64,000 nt of DNA from an uncultured Thermoleophilaceae bacterium (GTDB lineage: Bacteria > Actinomycetota > Thermoleophilia > Solirubrobacterales > Thermoleophilaceae), in assembly GCA_963810745.1 (NCBI GenBank), contig CAWEOW010000025.1:649-64648 (forward strand), in the 5' to 3' direction. Shown one piece after another: positions 16,654-30,784 of this stretch. The position numbers and the translations under genes were made by a program. The notes beneath the pieces are model-generated. The model searched no databases. It saw nothing but the letters and a program-made list of their open reading frames with translations, and was not told the DNA's origin. Position 1 is the stretch's first letter, and every line of letters begins with the position of its first letter.

Positions 16654-17241
16654 TTGGCTCGTCGATCGCTGAAGCCCCAGCTCAACCAGATCCGCACGTG
16701 GGTTCGCCAAGGGCGGACCGACGCCTGGATCGCCCATCAGCTCGAGGTTTCCGTGCGGGACATCGGCCAGTTCAAGCGCGAGCACGAGCTCGCGCCGGCC
16801 GACGCCCCTGAGGGCGACGCCCCCGGGCCGGTGGTCGAGGAGGAGCCCGACCTGCGCGCCGAGGACGACGCGCTGGTGGCGGCCGCCCTCGAGGCCGAGC
16901 AGGAGGAGGACCAGCCCGCGTCCGAGGAGGACGACGAGGGCGGGGAGCCGAGCGACAACGGCGACGAGGACGGCGACGACCGGCCCAAGCGCCGCCGCCG
17001 CGGGCGCCGTGGCGGCCGGGGACGCGGTCGCGGGCGGGCCCGCAAGCCGCTGGAGGGCACGTTCGACCACGGCGAGGAGGGCTACGGCCTGTGGCTCGAC
17101 CCCGCCGTCCAGGACGACCCGGTCTACGCCGAGCACTGGGCGGGCCACCGCCCCGTCACGGTCTCGATCGAGACCGACCGCATCGTCATCACCCGCACGG
17201 GCGAGGAGTCGTCGGACGACGACTCCGGCTCGGACGACTAG
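16654..17241 (+). CDS. hypothetical protein: N-terminal HTH-like segment, poly-acidic region, Arg/Gly (RGG-like) tract, small C-terminal domain
   Basis: TTG start. The segments are LNQIRTWVRQGRTDAWIAHQLEVSVRDIGQFKRE (HTH-like), EEEPDLRAEDD...EEDDEGGEPSDNGDEDGDD, RPKRRRRGRRGGRGRGRGRARK and GTFDHGEEGYGLWLDPAVQDDPVYAEHWAGHRPVTVSIETDRIVITRTG. Divergent from csrA. Confidence 0.6.
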   Translation: MARRSLKPQLNQIRTWVRQGRTDAWIAHQLEVSVRDIGQFKREHELAPADAPEGDAPGPVVEEEPDLRAEDDALVAAALEAEQEEDQPASEEDDEGGEPSDNGDEDGDDRPKRRRRGRRGGRGRGRGRARKPLEGTFDHGEEGYGLWLDPAVQDDPVYAEHWAGHRPVTVSIETDRIVITRTGEESSDDDSGSDD

Positions 17242-17571
17242 AAGCGCTCGTCGTCCTCGCGCTCGTGGGTGCGCCCGCCGGCCCAGTCGGCGGCCATCCG
17301 TGCATAGCGCGCGAAGGCGCAGTCGATCGCGGTGGTCAGGTCGGCGACCTGTGAGGCGCGGCGGGCGGTGTCCTCGGCCCAGCCGAGATCCTCGCCGTAC
17401 AGGCCGCGCGAGGTCGGCGGCCATGAAGCTGGCCCCCAGGCGGCGCCTCAGCTCCTCGTAGACGGCCCGCGTGGCGCGCTCCAGCTCGTCGCGCTCGCGG
17501 CCCGAGGCGTCCGCCATGCGGCGGTCCGCCTCACCCCACTGGTACAGCGCGTTGTCGAGCGCGTAGGCCAT
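17238..17571 (-). CDS. hypothetical protein (about 110 aa), one frame break near 17405
   Basis: ATG at 17571 inside ORF 16600..17928: MAYALDNALYQWGEADRRMADASGRERDELERATRAVYEELRRRLGASFMAADLA. It then continues one frame over (own translation LYGEDLGWAEDTARRASQVADLTTAIDCAFARYARMAADWAGGRTHEREDDERF*). The stop shares CTAG with the convergent gene. Confidence 0.5.
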
Positions 17572-17591
17572 CGCGGCCCACGGTACCCACG

Positions 17592-17909
17592 TCAGTCCTT
17601 CGGCAGACCGCGAATGACGTAGGAGCGCTCGCCGCCCTTGACCATGCCCAGCTTGCGGGCCTCGCGCTCGAGGGCCGCCGGGCGGCGCAGGTCGCGGACC
17701 TGGCGCTTCAGGTTGCCCTGCTCGGACTGCAGCCGCCCCAGCTCCTCGCGCTGGGCCCCGGCCGTGCCGGACTGCTCGATCCAGTGCTTGGCCGGCGAGA
17801 TGTAGAGGGCGAGGATGATCGCGAGGACCGCGAGCAGCGCCACGCGGCCCACGCGGTCCCAGCGGATGCCCTCCGGGCCGCTTGGACGAGTACCGGCGGC
17901 GAGGGACAT
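17592..17909 (-). CDS. ftsB: septum formation initiator family protein (FtsB/DivIC)
   Basis: TM helix (VALLAVLAIILALYISP) plus coiled coil (QREELGRLQSEQGNLKRQVRDLRRPAALEREARKLGMVKGGERSYVI). It lies downstream of eno, as in other Actinomycetota. Confidence 0.85.
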   Translation of the reverse strand: MSLAAGTRPSGPEGIRWDRVGRVALLAVLAIILALYISPAKHWIEQSGTAGAQREELGRLQSEQGNLKRQVRDLRRPAALEREARKLGMVKGGERSYVIRGLPKD

Positions 17910-17976
17910 GGGCTGCGCGCGAGGCCACTGCCTCGCGGTTTCGCCGGTGCGGCTGGGCTTCCTGCCCTCTGGGCGG

Positions 17977-18285
17977 CTACGCCCAGCCGCACCCCTGGTC
18001 GATTGCGGTGCGCTTCACCCGCTCGGCATCACGCCGGGCCTGGCTGAAGGTCTTGCGGTCGCCGGTCTCGCGCGCGACGTCGCGGATCAGGGTCAGGTCG
18101 CTGTATGAGCCCTGCAGCGAGTTGCACAGCTTCGCCTTCTTGGCCTCGACGCTCTGACTGAAGCGCCCGTCGTTCTTGGCCGCGTCGGCGTCCTGGGCGA
18201 GCGGTGAGCCGGCGAAGCCGACGCCGAGAGCGCAGGTGATGGCAGCGATGGTGATGCGTGTCTTGTTGGTGGTCATACGGGCCAT
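17977..18285 (-). CDS. hypothetical secreted protein (102 aa)
   Basis: C-terminal part of ORF 17977..19443: MARMTTNKTRITIAAITCALGVGFAGSPLAQDADA (signal peptide), then a charged, Cys-containing domain ...LCNSLQGSYSDLTLIRDVARETGDRKTF...AIDQGCGWA. Confidence 0.55.
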   Translation of the reverse strand: MARMTTNKTRITIAAITCALGVGFAGSPLAQDADAAKNDGRFSQSVEAKKAKLCNSLQGSYSDLTLIRDVARETGDRKTFSQARRDAERVKRTAIDQGCGWA

Positions 18286-18338
18286 GGTCGACGGCGCCGG
18301 CCGCCTCGCCCAGCCACCCTGAGGGTGAAAACCGCCCC

Positions 18339-20256
<1,918 letters not shown>

Positions 20257-20260
<4 letters not shown>

Positions 20261-21561
20261 GGCGAAGCGGGGCCCTGCGGCGCCGGGTCGCTGGGCTGCG
20301 GCGTGGGCGTCGGCACCTGCTGGGCGCCGCCACCCTGGGGCGCCTGCTGCGGGGCGCCCTGCGGGACCTGCTGCGGGGCACCCTGCGGCGCGCCCTGCGG
20401 GACCTGCTGCGGGGAACCGCTCGGCGGCGCTCCCTGGCCTCCCTGGGGCACGCCCTGCGGGGCCTGCTGGTTGGTGTTCTGCTGCTTCGGAGCGTTCTTG
20501 CACTCCTGGACCACGTAGTCCTTGGCGCAGGCCGTCTTCTTCTTGTAGTCCTCGCGGAACTTCTTGATGAACCCGTCGAGCGCCTTCTGCTGGCGCTGTG
20601 AGCGCAGCAGGTTCTTGATCGTGTCCTTGGCCTGGTCGAGGCTCTGCTGCGAGGGCTTCTTGACCGCGGTGACCTTGAACACGTAGTAGCCGAACTGGGT
20701 CTTGACCGGGCCCTCGACCTTGCCCTTCTGGGCCTTGAAGACGGCGTCCTCGAAGGCCTTCTCCTGCGACCCGCGGGTCACGTCGGGCAGCTTGCCGCCC
20801 TGGGCCTTGGAGGCGTTGTCGATCGAGTACTTCTTGGCGACTGCGGAGAACTTGTCTCCATCCTCGAGAGCCTTCTTGGCCTGCTCGGCCTGCGACTTGG
20901 TCTTGGTCAGGACGACCTCGAGGTCGCGGCGCTCGGGCTGTGAGAAGCGCTTCTTGTTCTTGTTGTAGTAGTTCTCGACGTCCTGGTCGGTGACCTTGGT
21001 CTCGTCCTCGGTGATCTTCTTGGTCAGCTTGTTCTGGAGGGTGTCCAGGCGGACGCGGAACAGGATGTCCTGCTCGTTCATGCCCGAGGTCTTGAGGAAC
21101 TGCTGGTACTCCTTGGCCGAAGGGAAGGCCTGCTTCTTCTGGTCGTCGAAGGACTTCTTGACCTCGGCGTCGGAGACCTCGACGTCGCGCTGGTCGGCCT
21201 CCTGCTGGACCCACTGGGCCTGGATCAGGAACTGCATGACCTCGCCCTTGAGACGGTCGAACTCCTGCTTGCACTGGGTCTTCAGCTGGGCGGCGCTGGG
21301 CTTCGGCGCGCCCTTCTGCGTGGGCTGCTTCTGGCGCTGGGCCACGCACTGCGTGTAGTTGGGCGGATCCGGCACCACCGCCTGCCCACCCTGGGACTGC
21401 CCCATGGCGGCCGTCTTGAGCCACTTGTTGAACTCGGCCTTGGTGATGTTGTCGCCGCCAACCTTGGCGACGCTGTTCGAGGGGACCTCGGCGCCGCAGC
21501 CGGTCACGAGCGCAGCGGCGACCGTGAGGCACGCGGGGACGAGAAGCAGGCGTGAAGTCAT
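20257..21561 (-). CDS. parvulin-type peptidyl-prolyl isomerase lipoprotein (PrsA/SurA-like) with Pro/Gln/Gly-rich C-terminal repeats
   Basis: Lipobox LVTGC; SurA-like N-domain; parvulin core (RRDLEVVLTKTKSQAEQAKKALEDGDKFSAVAKKYSID...GGKLPDVTRG...FGYYVFKVT). The tail is PQGVPQGGQGAPPSGSPQQVPQGAPQGAPQQVPQGAPQQAPQGG. Confidence 0.85.
20260..20469 (-). repeat. imperfect tandem coding repeats (PQG/APQQV units) at the 3' end of the PPIase gene
   Basis: The plus strand shows reiterated ctgcggggc(g/a)ccctgcgg(g/c)(a/g)c units, translating to (A/V)PQG and PQQ(V/A)PQG units. Confidence 0.6.
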
Positions 21562-21627
21562 GACGAGGTGTGTAGCTCCCTTGGGTAAACCGGGCCTGAA
21601 GGCCAGCGGCGGAGGGTAGCTACTTCT

Positions 21628-24973
<3,346 letters not shown>

Positions 24974-25083
24974 GGACAGGCGAAACGGCCACCCGGGAGG
25001 CCCCGCGCGGCTGGTGTTGTCAGTCTAGGTGGGCGGTGGCCGTGGCCACGCTCGTCGGCGTGCTGGTAGGCCTGGTTATCTAC

Positions 25084-25614
25084 CTATAGGGCGCCGACCA
25101 GGCGCTCGAGCTCGCCGGCCGCCTTTTCCGTCAGGGCGGCCACCTCCTCGCGGGGCTCGCTGAAGCGGCCCAGCACGTGCGCGGAGACGATCTCGGGGTC
25201 CGTCGAGTCGGGCCGGCCCACCCCCACCCGGACGCGATGGAAGTCGGGGCTGCCCAGGCCCGCCTTCAGGGATTTGAGCCCGTTGTGACCCGCCAGCCCG
25301 CCGCCCAGGCGGGTCCGGACCTCGCCGAAGGGCAGGTCGATCTCGTCGTGGACCACGGCGATGCGGTCCAGGTCGACGCCCAGCGACCCGCGCGCGGGAC
25401 CGACCGAGCGGCCCGCCTCGTTCATGTAGGTCTGGGGCAGCAGCACTCCGACGCGCGGGCCGCCGGGCCCGGTGCGGCCGTCGGCGTACAGGCCGGCGTA
25501 GCGCTTCTTGAGCTTGCCCAGCCCCCAGCGCTCGGCGACGAGCTCGGCCACGTCGAAGCCGATGTTGTGGCGCGTGCGGGCATAGCGGTCACCCGGGTTG
25601 CCCAGGCCCACCAC
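25084..25614 (-). CDS. pth: peptidyl-tRNA hydrolase
   Basis: (M)VGLGNPGDRYARTRHNIGFDV...YMNEAGRSVG...VVHDEIDLPFGEVRTRLGGGLAGHNGLKS. The start may lie a few codons upstream (DGRVDWLVVGLGNPG has no canonical start in frame). Confidence 0.92.
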   Translation of the reverse strand: MVGLGNPGDRYARTRHNIGFDVAELVAERWGLGKLKKRYAGLYADGRTGPGGPRVGVLLPQTYMNEAGRSVGPARGSLGVDLDRIAVVHDEIDLPFGEVRTRLGGGLAGHNGLKSLKAGLGSPDFHRVRVGVGRPDSTDPEIVSAHVLGRFSEPREEVAALTEKAAGELERLVGAL

Positions 25615-25655
25615 CAGCCAGTCGACACGGCCATCGCCGCCTCGACCGAAGAGCC

Positions 25656-26363
25656 TCAGGAGTCCGAGTCTCCCTCGGAGTCGGCCGCCGGCTCCTCGCC
25701 ACCGCCCTCGGGCGCCTCTTCGCCCTCGGGGACCTCGATCGGCTCGCCGTCCTCGCCGACCAGCGCGGTCTCCTCCTCGATCTCCTCGGGCTCCTCGACC
25801 TCGGTCGGCGGAACCAGCGTGGCGATCACGGTCTCCTCGGCGTCGTCGAGGAACGTCACGCCCTGCGGGGCGGGGACCTCGGACAGCGGCAGCGTGGCGG
25901 CGATCTCCATCTCCGAGACGTCGACGACGATGTTGTCGGGGATGTCCGTGGGCAGGGCCTCGACGTTCAGCTCGCGCGTCACGTGCTCGAGCACGCCGCC
26001 CTCCTTGACGCCGGGCGACTCCTCGCCGCCCTCCAGGTCCACCGGCACTGTGGTCTGGATCTTCTCGTCGAGGCGGACCTCGAGGAAGTCGATGTGGACG
26101 ATCTCGTCGCGGACTGGGTGGTTCTGCTGGTCCTTGACGATCACGGGGCGGGTGCGGCCACCGTCGATCTCCAGGTCGAGCAGGGCGGCGCCGTCGGCCA
26201 GCAGCTTGCGCAGCGACAGGGCGTCCACCTTGAAGGCGAAGTTCTGGTTCTCACCCCCGCCGTAGATCACGCCGGGCACGAGCCCCTCACGGCGCAGGCG
26301 GCGGTTGGAGCGGGATCCCCGTTCCGGGCGCTCTTGAACGGCTAGTGAAGGTCGGTCGGCCAT
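25656..26363 (-). CDS. rplY: 50S ribosomal protein L25 / general stress protein Ctc
   Basis: ERPERGSRSNRRLRREGLVPGVIYGGGENQNFAFKVDALSL...HPVRDEIVHIDFLEV..., plus an acidic C-terminal tail typical of the long Ctc form. Confidence 0.93.
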   Translation of the reverse strand: MADRPSLAVQERPERGSRSNRRLRREGLVPGVIYGGGENQNFAFKVDALSLRKLLADGAALLDLEIDGGRTRPVIVKDQQNHPVRDEIVHIDFLEVRLDEKIQTTVPVDLEGGEESPGVKEGGVLEHVTRELNVEALPTDIPDNIVVDVSEMEIAATLPLSEVPAPQGVTFLDDAEETVIATLVPPTEVEEPEEIEEETALVGEDGEPIEVPEGEEAPEGGGEEPAADSEGDSDS

Positions 26364-26389
26364 GAGGGCGACCGGCGAGTCTAGCTAGG

Positions 26390-27391
26390 TCAGAAGAGCT
26401 GGTTTTCTCCGTCGAACGCCTCGGAGACCGAGTCGTCGCTGAAGATCCTTCGGATCGAGTCGGTGAGCACGTCCGCGCAGGTGAGCTGCGTGATCAGGTC
26501 CGGCGCGCCCTCGCCCAGTGGGACGGTGTCCGTCACCACTATGTCGCCCAGCGGCGAGTCGGCGAGCTTCTCGAAGGCCCGGCCGGCGAACAGTCCGTGG
26601 GTCGCGACGGCGTGCACCGAGCGCGCGCCCTCGTCGAGCACGGTCTGGGCCGCGGCCGCGAGCGTGCCGCCGGTACCGATGATGTCGTCGACGATCACGG
26701 CCACCTTCCCCTTGACGTCGCCGATCACGGTGCCGATCTCCGCGACGCCCTGAGCGGGGCGCTCCTTCTCCATCAGCGCGTAGGGCGCGCCGACGCGCCG
26801 GGCAAATGAGCGGACCAGCTTCACGCGCCCGGCGTCCGGGGCGATCATCACCAGCTCGTCCTCGTGGCCGTAGACGTCGGCGATGTACTGGGTGAGGATC
26901 GGCATCGCGGTCATGTGGTCGACCGGCTTGGAGAAGAAGCCCTGCACCTGGCCGGCGTGGAGATCCATCGTCACCAGGCGGTCGATCCCGGCGGTCTCGA
27001 GCAGCTCGGCCACCAGGCGCGCCGAGATCGGCTCGCGCGGCGCCGACTTCTTGTCCTGGCGCGAGTAGCCGTACCAGGGGGTGACGGCGATGATCCGGTG
27101 GGCCGAGGCGTGCTTGGCCGCGTGGACCATCAGCAGCAGCTCCATGAGCGCGTCGTTGGCCGTGAGGCCCTCGCGCTCGGATCCGCACAGCGACTGGATC
27201 AGGAACAGGTCCGCCCCGCGAATCGAGTCCTCGTAGCGGCAGTAGACCTCACCGTCGGCGAAGGTCTTGAGGCCCGCGTCGGCCAGCTGGACGCCCAGCC
27301 GCTCGGAGATCTTGCCGCCGAGCTCCTGGCTCGCACGCCCCGCGCTGATCATCAGGCGCTTGTCGTAGCCGGCCGGGATGCTCTTGGCCAA
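26390..27391 (-). CDS. prs: ribose-phosphate pyrophosphokinase
   Basis: The last 333 codons of ORF 26390..28798 starting at TTG 27391. (M)AKSIPAGYDKRLMISAGRASQELGGKISERLGV...FADGEVYCRYEDSIRGADLFLIQS...VTPWYGYSRQDKK...DLHAGQVQGFF...VIVDDIIGTGGTL. Confidence 0.93.
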   Translation of the reverse strand: MAKSIPAGYDKRLMISAGRASQELGGKISERLGVQLADAGLKTFADGEVYCRYEDSIRGADLFLIQSLCGSEREGLTANDALMELLLMVHAAKHASAHRIIAVTPWYGYSRQDKKSAPREPISARLVAELLETAGIDRLVTMDLHAGQVQGFFSKPVDHMTAMPILTQYIADVYGHEDELVMIAPDAGRVKLVRSFARRVGAPYALMEKERPAQGVAEIGTVIGDVKGKVAVIVDDIIGTGGTLAAAAQTVLDEGARSVHAVATHGLFAGRAFEKLADSPLGDIVVTDTVPLGEGAPDLITQLTCADVLTDSIRRIFSDDSVSEAFDGENQLF

Positions 27392-27417
27392 GGCTGTTGC
27401 GACCTGGGTCTCGACGC

Positions 27418-28798
27418 TTACGGAGACGGCTTCTCCTCTTCGACTCGCTCTGCGTAACCCTCGACGTTGCGTTGCTCCGGCCGGCTGATTCCGAGCGCCC
27501 CCTCGGGGACATCCTCGACGATTACCGAACCGGCACCAGTGTACGCCCGGTCCCCGACACTCACGGGCGCGACGAACGACGTGTGGACCCCGGTCTTCAC
27601 GTTCTTTCCGATGTTCGTCCGGTGCTTGTTGCGCCCGTCGTAGTTGGCGGTGATGTTTCCCGCCGCCACGTTGGCGCCCTCGCCCACGTCGGCGTCGCCG
27701 ATGTAGGAGAGGTGGGGCACCTTGGCGCCGGCGCCGATCGTCGAGCCCTTGATCTCGACGAAGGTGCCGACCTTGGCCCCCGCCCCGATGCGCGCGCCCG
27801 GGCGCAGGTAGGCGAACGGGCCGACGCTGGCCTCCTCGCCCACCTCGCTCTCGATCAGCACGGAGTGGGCCACGCCCGCGCGGTCGCCGATCACGGCGTC
27901 CACCGCAGTCACGTGCGGGCCGATGTCGCAGCCGCGGCCGATCCGGGTGGCTCCAAGCAGGCTCGCGCCCGCGCCCACGCGCGTGTCCTCGCCGATCTCC
28001 ACGCCGGCGTGCAGCTCGATGCTGTCGGGGGCGGCGAAGGTGACCCCGTTCAGGGCGTGGCCGCGGACCAGGCGGCGCCGCGCGATGGCCTCGACGTCCA
28101 TCAGGTCCGCGCGCGTGTTCACGCCCTGGGCAACGTCCGGGTCGTCGGTGCTCGGCGCTGGCCACCCGGCGCTCGGCCGCGAAGGCGGTGATGGCGCCGG
28201 TCAGGTAGATCTCCCCGTCCTCCTCGCCCACCCTCTCCAGCGCCGCGAACAGCTCGCCGGGCTCGAAGACGTAGGTGCCGAGGTTCACCTCGCGGTTGGC
28301 GAGCACCTCGTCGGGCAGGCCCTCCGTGCGCTTGGTCTCGACGATGCGGTCGAAGGCTCCGTCGGCGGTGCGCATCACCCGCCCGTAGCCGGCGGGGTCG
28401 AGGCTCTCCGTGGTGAGCATCGTCACCGCGGCGCCGGCGGCGGCGTGGGCGTCGGCCAGCTGCGCGATGACCTCCGCGGCGACCAGCGGGTGGTCGCCCG
28501 AGAGGACGGCCAGCGGCCTGTCGCCCGGGACCGCGTCGCGAGCGGCGAGCACCGCGGCGCCCGTGCCCTCGCCCTCGCTCTGCTCGGCGACGGTCACGCC
28601 GTCGGGCAGGCGCCCGTCCACGCCCTCGCCCGGCCGGGTCACGCAGACGACCTCGGTGGCGCCCGCTTCGCGGGCGGCGTCGATGACCCACTCGACCAAC
28701 GGCTTGCCGCACACGGCGTGCAGGACCTTCGGCGTCTCGGACTTCATCCGGGTGCCGTGGCCGGCGGCCATGATCAGCGCAGTGAAGGGTTCGGCCAT
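27418..28798 (-). CDS. glmU: bifunctional UDP-N-acetylglucosamine pyrophosphorylase / glucosamine-1-phosphate N-acetyltransferase GlmU, one frame break near 28135
   Basis: N-terminal part is in the frame of ORF 26390..28798 (MAEPFTALIMAAGHGTRMKSETPKVLHAVCGKPLVEWV...LSGDHPLV...NLGTYVFE). The left-handed beta-helix part is in ORF 27418..28122 (NTRADLMDVEAIARRR...hexapeptide repeats...NYDGRNKHRTNIG...GAGSVIVEDVPEGAL). Confidence 0.9.
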
Positions 28799-28848
28799 AA
28801 GGGGTCAGCCAGCGTAGCGGCGGGACATACTCTTCAGCGACTGCCCTT

Positions 28849-28921
28849 TGGGGAGTGGTCTAACGGCAAGACGCGGGCCTTTGGAGCCCTGAGATCCTGG
28901 GTTCGAATCCCGGCTCCCCAG
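28849..28921 (+). tRNA. tRNA-Gln (anticodon UUG)
   Basis: TGGGGAG TG GTCT AACGGCA AGAC G CGGGC CTTTGGA GCCCT GAGAT(C) CTGGG TTCGAAT CCCGG CTCCCCA G. It has the U1-A72 pair typical of tRNA-Gln. It is one nucleotide longer than a canonical fold (C27/U43 mismatch or 6-nt variable loop). Confidence 0.85.
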
Positions 28922-28922
28922 C

Positions 28923-29228
28923 TCACGCTCGGTCGACCACCTCGTAGTGCGTGACCGATGACTCGCCGTCGATCAGGTAGCGCTCGTCCTCGGGGTAGAG
29001 CACCGCCTCCTCGATGTCCTCGCCCGCGAAGGCCTGGATCGCCTCCCGGGACTCCCACAGCGAGAGCGTGATGAACTCGGTCCGGTCGCCCTCCTCGCGG
29101 CGCAGCATCCACGCGCCGCGGTTGCCCGGGGTCTCGGCGTACTCGGCGAAGCCGGTCGCGCGGATGTAGTCGGCGTAGGCGTCCGCGTCGGGCGGGCGGA
29201 CGGCGCCGGTCCAGATGCGCGCGATCAG
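28923..29228 (-). CDS. antibiotic-biosynthesis-monooxygenase (ABM/Dabb) domain protein; probable CTG start
   Basis: ORF 28923..29108 extended by hand: (L)IARIWTGAVRPPDADAYADYIRATGFAEYAETPGNRGAWMLRREEGDRTEFITLSLWESREAIQAFAGEDIEEAVLYPEDERYLIDGESSVTHYEVV. The family normally begins MIARIW; here that codon is CTG and overlaps the upstream TGA (CTGA). Confidence 0.65.
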   Translation of the reverse strand: MIARIWTGAVRPPDADAYADYIRATGFAEYAETPGNRGAWMLRREEGDRTEFITLSLWESREAIQAFAGEDIEEAVLYPEDERYLIDGESSVTHYEVVDRA

Positions 29229-30509
29229 CGGCGGTCCTTCTCCGCCTTCGGCACGAGGCCGCCCTCGGCGCCCGGCTCCTGCGCGGGGCCGCCCGGCGGG
29301 GCGATGCCCAGCACGCGCATCGCCTTCAGGCCCAGCGACAGGCGCTCGCGGCCGTCCGTGGAGCCCACGTCGAGGCCGCTCAGCTCGCGGACGCGGTCCA
29401 GGCGGTAGCGGACCGTGTGGCGGTGGGTAAACAGGCGCTCGGCCGTGCCGGCCACGTTGCCGTCGGCGTCGAGGAAGGTCTCGAGCGTCTTGACCAGCTC
29501 GGTCTCGTACTGCTCGTCGTAGGCGGCCAGCGGGGCGACGGTCTCGTCGTGGAAGCGCTGCAGCTCACGCGGGTCCTCGTTCATCGCAGGCAGCAGCAGG
29601 CGGTAGGCGCCGGTCTCCTCGAACTTCAGCGACTCCGCCCCGCGCGCCTCGGCGACGTTGGCGGCGAGGATCGCCTCGGAGGAGGCGCGGTGGAGGTCGG
29701 CGGGGTCCGCGGTGCGGCGGCTGCGCGCCACTGTGAGCGCGAAGCCCTCCAGGCCCGCGCGCAGCTCCTCCAGGACAGCGCCGGCGGCCCGTTCGGCTGT
29801 CGCCTCATCGAGGGCGGGGACGAGCAGGAGCAGGTCTCGGTCGTCGTCGCCGGCGTTGGCGCGCAGGGCGCCGACGGGCACGAGCCCCACCAGCGATCGA
29901 GCGCTCCACCACGCGCGCCCCGCGCTCGGCGAGGGTGAGCACGCGTGCGCGCCAGTCCCCCTCGGCGGGCGCGTGGGGCCGAGCGCGGGCGATGATCATC
30001 ACCGCGCCGTCGACCAGGTGGCAGCCGAGCTCGGCGCCGCGGGCGACGATGTTCTCGCGGTCGGTGACCGTGCGGCCCACCAGGTCCTCCAGGAAGTCGC
30101 GCACGGCGGCCTCGCTGGCGCGCTCGGGGGCGGTCGAGCGGTCCACCTCCAGCCCGATCAGCGTGGCGACCATGCGCAGCAGGGCGGGCTCGGGTGGCTC
30201 GCCCCTGGGCCGGTAGCGCAGCTCGCCGACGACGGCGTCGGCGACCCTGAGGTCGACCTGGTCGGCGGAGCCCTCGCCGGCCATGATCGCGCGCTCGTCC
30301 TCGGGCGAGGAGCAGGCCGATGCCAGCACGCCGCCGGTGGCGGCGAGGACTATCGCGCTGGCGTCGAGCGCCCGGCTCGCGGCACGGGTGACCGACGGCA
30401 GCCCGGCGCCGGACTCGACGGCGTCCGAGACCTGCTCGAAGAGCTCCAGGAAGGAGCCCGGGCCGGCGCCGGAGGCAGCACGGCCCTTGGGCTGCTGCGC
30501 CGCGGGCAT
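29225..30509 (-). CDS. PucR/CdaR-family transcriptional regulator, one frame break near 29885
   Basis: ORF 29805..30509 gives the N-terminal sensor part. ORF 29225..29890 gives the C-terminal part with the PucR HTH (ETFLDADGNVAGTAERLFTHRHTVRYRLDRVRELSGLD). Confidence 0.8.
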
Positions 30510-30552
30510 GGCGAGAACTTTAGGCGCGAAGCGCCCAGTTCGGCGGGCGCCG

Positions 30553-30777
30553 CTAGGCGTAGCGGTCGTAGGACCAGACGATGGCGAAGCCCAGTCCCGC
30601 TCCCACTCCCAGCAGCGTGGCGAGGATGAAAAGGGTCAGGAAGGCCGCCGCGACCTTCTCCCACAGGCGCCCATACGCCTGCAGCGCGGGCAGCAGGATG
30701 AAGGCGATGTAGCCGGCGCCGGTGATCCCCGCGCCGAGGGCCAGCGCGAGCTCCGTCGTGGACAGGCTCAGGTCCAT
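30553..30777 (-). CDS. hypothetical small membrane protein (74 aa, two TM helices)
   Basis: MDLSLSTTELALALGAGITGAGYIAFILLPALQAYGRLWEKVAAAFLTLFILATLLGVGAGLGFAIVWSYDRYA. Confidence 0.5.
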   Translation of the reverse strand: MDLSLSTTELALALGAGITGAGYIAFILLPALQAYGRLWEKVAAAFLTLFILATLLGVGAGLGFAIVWSYDRYA

Positions 30778-30784
30778 CGGGCGC

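Noticed and set aside
16600-17928. 442-aa minus-strand ORF spanning the region between csrA and eno.
   Set aside because: It is a composite. Only residues from Met120 (17571) make sense, and then only up to the frame break near 17405. The upstream part overlaps ftsB in another frame, and the downstream part is antisense to the 16654..17241 gene.
26390-28798. 802-aa ORF suggesting a GlmU-Prs fusion protein.
   Set aside because: The central 250 residues are Arg/Gly-rich nonsense. The GlmU acetyltransferase half is in another frame (27418..28122) with its own TAA. prs has its own TTG start at 27391.
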